Source: Terriglobia bacterium | GTDB taxonomy: Bacteria; Acidobacteriota; Polarisedimenticolia; Polarisedimenticolales; JAIQFR01 | Assembly (NCBI GenBank): GCA_963748015.1 | Contig: CAVVHE010000009.1 | Span: 573,205 to 637,204 of the forward strand | Direction: 5' to 3' | DNA: 64,000 nucleotides | In this document: positions 60,833-64,000 of the stretch, piece by piece | Position numbering within the stretch: position 1 is the stretch's first letter | Layout of the letters: each line of letters begins with the position of its first letter | Position numbers and translations under genes: made by a program | Notes under the pieces: generated by a model | The model's database searches: none | What the model saw: the letters and a program-made list of their open reading frames with translations, nothing else | What the model was told of the DNA's origin: nothing

Positions 60833-62061
60833 CAGTGGTCCTCGGCCTCTTCGGTGAGGTGAAGAAGGACCGGACCTCCTCGCGGAACGGCCGCGGCATC
60901 CTCGGGGATCACCGCGAGCGCGTTGGACCGCGTCATCGAGGACAGGATCCCGGAGCCCTGCGGCCCGGCGAGCGACGCGTGGAGCGCGCCGTCCCGCTCG
61001 CGGACGGCGACGCGCAGCAGGTGCGTGCGGCCGTCGGGCTGGCTCTTGCTCCAATTCTCGTCGAGAACGCCCTGCCGCTCGGGCCGGTGGAGCTTCTCGA
61101 ATCCCATCAGCCGCCGAAGCAGCGGCCGAACGTACTCCTCCATCATCAGCATCGAGGCGACCGGGTTGCCCGGAATGCCGAAGACCGGTTTCCCGTCGAG
61201 CCGGTAGTAGCCAAGCGGCCCTCCGGGCTTCTGCGCGACGCGCCAGAAGACCCGCTCGGCCCCCAAGGCCTCGAGCACGTCCTTGACGTAATCGAACGCC
61301 CCCACCGAAATGCCCCCGGTGGTCACGAGGACGTCCGCGGACGCGACGGCCTCCCGGATCGCGCGCTCCACCGCCTCGCGCCGGTCGGGCACGCGCGGGA
61401 ACGGGACCGGGACGGCGCCGAAGGCCGCCGCCTGCGCGCAACCGGAGTGGACGTTGCTGTCGCGGATACGGCCCGGGCCGGGCGCCTCCGAAACGTCCAC
61501 GAGCTCGTCCCCCGTCGTGAGCACGGCAATCCGCGCACGGGGAACGACGCTCACCTCGGCGCAGCCGACCGCGGCGAGCACGCCGATCTCGGCAGGCCGC
61601 AGCACGGTCCCCCCGGCGACCACGCGCGCTCCCGAGGCGATGTCCTCTCCGGCGAGACGCACGTTCGCCCCGCGACGCACGGGCCTCTTCACGTCGACCT
61701 TGTCACCCGCGGCGGCGGTGTCTTCCACGGGGACGACCGCGTCGGCACCCGCGGGCATCGGGGCGCCGGTCATGATGCGAAGGGCCGTGCCGGGAACGAC
61801 GGCGCCCGACGCGACCTGCCCGGCCGGCAGATCGCCCTGAACCTCGAGGCGGACCGGCGAGCCCTCGGAAGCCGCCGCGCAGTCCTCCGCCCGCACCGCG
61901 AAGCCGTCCATCGCCGAGTTCGTGAACTGCGGCACGGGCTCGTTCGAGAGGACGTCCCCGGCGGCGACCAGGCCGAGCGCCTCGGCGAGCGGAACGCGCT
62001 TCGGCGGCAGCGGCATCGCGCCGTCCAGGACCTTCCGCAACGCTTCCCGATACGTCAGCAT
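60832..62061 (-). CDS. moeA: Molybdopterin molybdenumtransferase MoeA
   Basis: NSAMDGFAV, IMTGAPMPAGADAVV, TTGDEL, TTGGISVG, GIPGNP, QGSG. Confidence 0.95.
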   Translation of the reverse strand: MLTYREALRKVLDGAMPLPPKRVPLAEALGLVAAGDVLSNEPVPQFTNSAMDGFAVRAEDCAAASEGSPVRLEVQGDLPAGQVASGAVVPGTALRIMTGAPMPAGADAVVPVEDTAAAGDKVDVKRPVRRGANVRLAGEDIASGARVVAGGTVLRPAEIGVLAAVGCAEVSVVPRARIAVLTTGDELVDVSEAPGPGRIRDSNVHSGCAQAAAFGAVPVPFPRVPDRREAVERAIREAVASADVLVTTGGISVGAFDYVKDVLEALGAERVFWRVAQKPGGPLGYYRLDGKPVFGIPGNPVASMLMMEEYVRPLLRRLMGFEKLHRPERQGVLDENWSKSQPDGRTHLLRVAVRERDGALHASLAGPQGSGILSSMTRSNALAVIPEDAAAVPRGGPVLLHLTEEAEDH

Positions 62062-62189
62062 CGCTCGTCCCCGCGTGAACCGATACTAGCAGTTCCGTCG
62101 CCGAAGCCGGGAATCGCGGCTGGCCGAGAGGGACGGCAACCGTCCATGTCGACACCGACCGGTCGCCTGCTACCACCCCTCTTCGTTTC

Positions 62190-62612
62190 TCACGGTTGCT
62201 GTCCCTCTCCGCCGGGGTCGAGCACCCCGTGGTGGAGGAAGGAGTAGTGCCGCCAGGCGCCCGGCATGTGGGAGCCGACCGACGCGACCACCGTCGCCGC
62301 GAGATACCACTCGAGGCGCGCGGCCGGCAGGAGCTCGCCGGCGCCGAGAAGCGCGAGCTTGAGCAAGGCGGCCACGCCGCTTCCCTGATAGAGGAACGCG
62401 AAGCTCCTCGCGAGATCGATGCCGAGGAGCACGACGCCGCTCAGCACCGTGAGCGCGACCGGCGCGATCAGGTCGCGCGCCGGGGCCCGCCACGCCACCC
62501 CTCCGAGCACGAGGGACATGGCCACGATGTGCGCGGTGCGCGCCCCGACCTGCCACGCCCGCGCGCCCCGGATCTCGCGCGGCGGGTGGCGGAAGAGCAC
62601 GCCCCGCGGCAT
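62190..62612 (-). CDS. Hypothetical membrane protein
   Basis: Four hydrophobic segments, RTAHI and SHMPGAWRH motifs; co-oriented between pruA and moeA. Confidence 0.7.
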   Translation of the reverse strand: MPRGVLFRHPPREIRGARAWQVGARTAHIVAMSLVLGGVAWRAPARDLIAPVALTVLSGVVLLGIDLARSFAFLYQGSGVAALLKLALLGAGELLPAARLEWYLAATVVASVGSHMPGAWRHYSFLHHGVLDPGGEGQQP

Positions 62613-62617
62613 CGGCG

Positions 62618-64000
62618 TCAGGCCCCGATGCCCGGAAGGCGCGAGACGGTGATCCTCTCGGAGGTCGTCTTGCCCTGCGTGAAGTTCATGAGGTAGTCGG
62701 GGCCGCCGGCCTTGGAGTCGGTGCCCGACATGTTGAACCCGCCGAACGGGTGGACGCCGACCAGGGCGCCGGTGCAGCCCCGGTTGATGTAGAGGTTGCC
62801 GCAGTGGAACTCCCGCTTGGCGCGGTCGATCCGGTCGATGTTCCCCGAATAGAGCGCCCCGGTCAGCCCGTAGCGCGTGTCGTTCGCGACCGCGAGCGCC
62901 TCGTCGAACCCGTCCACGGCGATGATTCCCAGCACCGGCCCGAAGATCTCCTCCTGGCCGAGGAACGAGCGCGACGCGACGCCGTCGAAAACCGTCGGGG
63001 CGACGTACCAGCCGGGCCGGTCGAGGGGGTGCCCGCCCAGAACGAGGCGCGCTTCCTTCTTTCCCGTCTCGATCGCCTCCAGGATCGTCGAGAACGCGCC
63101 CTGGTTCGCCACGGGCCCGGTGAACACGCGAGGGCCCTCCCAGGGATCACCCGAGAGGAGGTGGCCGGTTTTCTCGACGATCATCTCGAGCAGCCGGTCC
63201 TTGACCTTGCGGTCCACGATGGCCCTCGAGCAGGCCGAGCACTTCTGTCCCTGGAAGCCGAACGCCGAGCGCACGATCCCGGTGGACGCGGCGTCGAGGT
63301 CTGCCGTCTCGTCCACCACGATCGCGTCCTTGCCGCCCATCTCGGAGACGTACCGGGTCATCCACTTCCTGCGCGGATCCGGCTTGGCAGTGATCTCGTG
63401 GATCCTGAAGACCGACGTCGGCGGAGCCGGTGAACGCGACGAAGCGGATCTCGGGGTGCGTGACGAGATAGTCGCCGATCTCGCCGCCGCCGCCCGGGAC
63501 GAGGTTGATCACGCCGTCGGGAATCCCGGCCTCGCGCGCGAGGCTCATGAGCTTCGACGCGATCACGGGGGTGTCCGACGAGGGCTTGATCAGCACGGTG
63601 TTGCCGCTCACGACGGCGGCCGTCGTCATGCCGCCGAGGATCGCGAGGGGGAAGTTCCAGGGCGAGATCACAGCGCCGACGCCAAGCGGGATGTAGTAGT
63701 AGCAGTTGTCCTCGTTGGGAATGCGCGCGAGCGGCTGGAACTGGAAGTGGGTGAGCGCGAGGCGCGCGTAGTACTCGCAGAAGTCGATCGCCTCGGCGAT
63801 CTCGGCGTCCGCCTCGTACCAGTCCTTGCCGATCTCGTAGGCGAGGAGTGCCAGGAGGTCGAACCGGTCGCGGCGCAGGAGGGCGGCGAGCCGCATGAGC
63901 GTCTCCGCGCGCGCCTCGGGATCGGTGCGGGCCCAGCCGGAGTACGCCTGCTTCGCCGCCGCGATCGCCTCGTCCACGTGGGAGCGCGTGCAGCTCGCGA
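62618..64000 (-). CDS. pruA: L-glutamate gamma-semialdehyde (P5C) dehydrogenase, 3' part; one frameshift near 63405
   Basis: EAIDFCEYY, ISPWNFPLAI, FTGS, EMGGKD, AFGFQGQKCSACSR, EEIFGP, PFGGFNMSGTDSKAGGPDY. Confidence 0.92.

Noticed and set aside
58921..62061. Moco cluster as a novel system
   Set aside because: The moeA-moaA-MOSC-mog arrangement is ordinary.

Overview
This is a very GC-rich bacterial window, roughly 70% by eye. Protein motifs suggest an Acidobacteriota (Polarisedimenticolia-like) host, which is an inference. (i) 1-3.8 kb: the 5' part of a tricorn-type S41 protease and a DUF4097 gene. (ii) 3.9-16.7 kb: an accessory island cut into units by five same-orientation IS91/ISCR-type oriIS ends, two of them with transposase remnants. 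Its cargo is an ATP-grasp gene, a nucleotidyltransferase TA pair, a 1948-aa secreted multidomain protein, an arylsulfatase, several gene fragments and a vapBC pair. (iii) 16.9-24.5 kb: a lexA-imuA-imuB-(Zn-ribbon, ORF6N)-dnaE2 SOS mutagenesis cassette with a candidate LexA box. The same ~190-bp palindromic element sits in frame inside both imuA and dnaE2, and dnaE2 carries ~24 single-base insertions that are probably an assembly artefact. (iv) 24.5-49.5 kb: metabolic and envelope genes, including a sugar ABC-GH38 mannosidase operon, arfB and a YdbH/YdbL-like pair. Long hairpin repeats sit at convergent gene junctions. (v) 49.8-56 kb: a Ser/Thr kinase-AAA-TPR-GAF-sigma54 activator fusion flanked by two small secreted-protein genes, one with a visible sigma54 promoter and paired enhancer palindromes. 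(vi) 56-64 kb: a Zn-ribbon protein, yjbQ, ppnP, a Moco operon (moeA-moaA-MOSC-mog) and the 3' part of pruA. No rRNA, tRNA or CRISPR array was recognised. All family calls are by eye from motifs; no searches were run.
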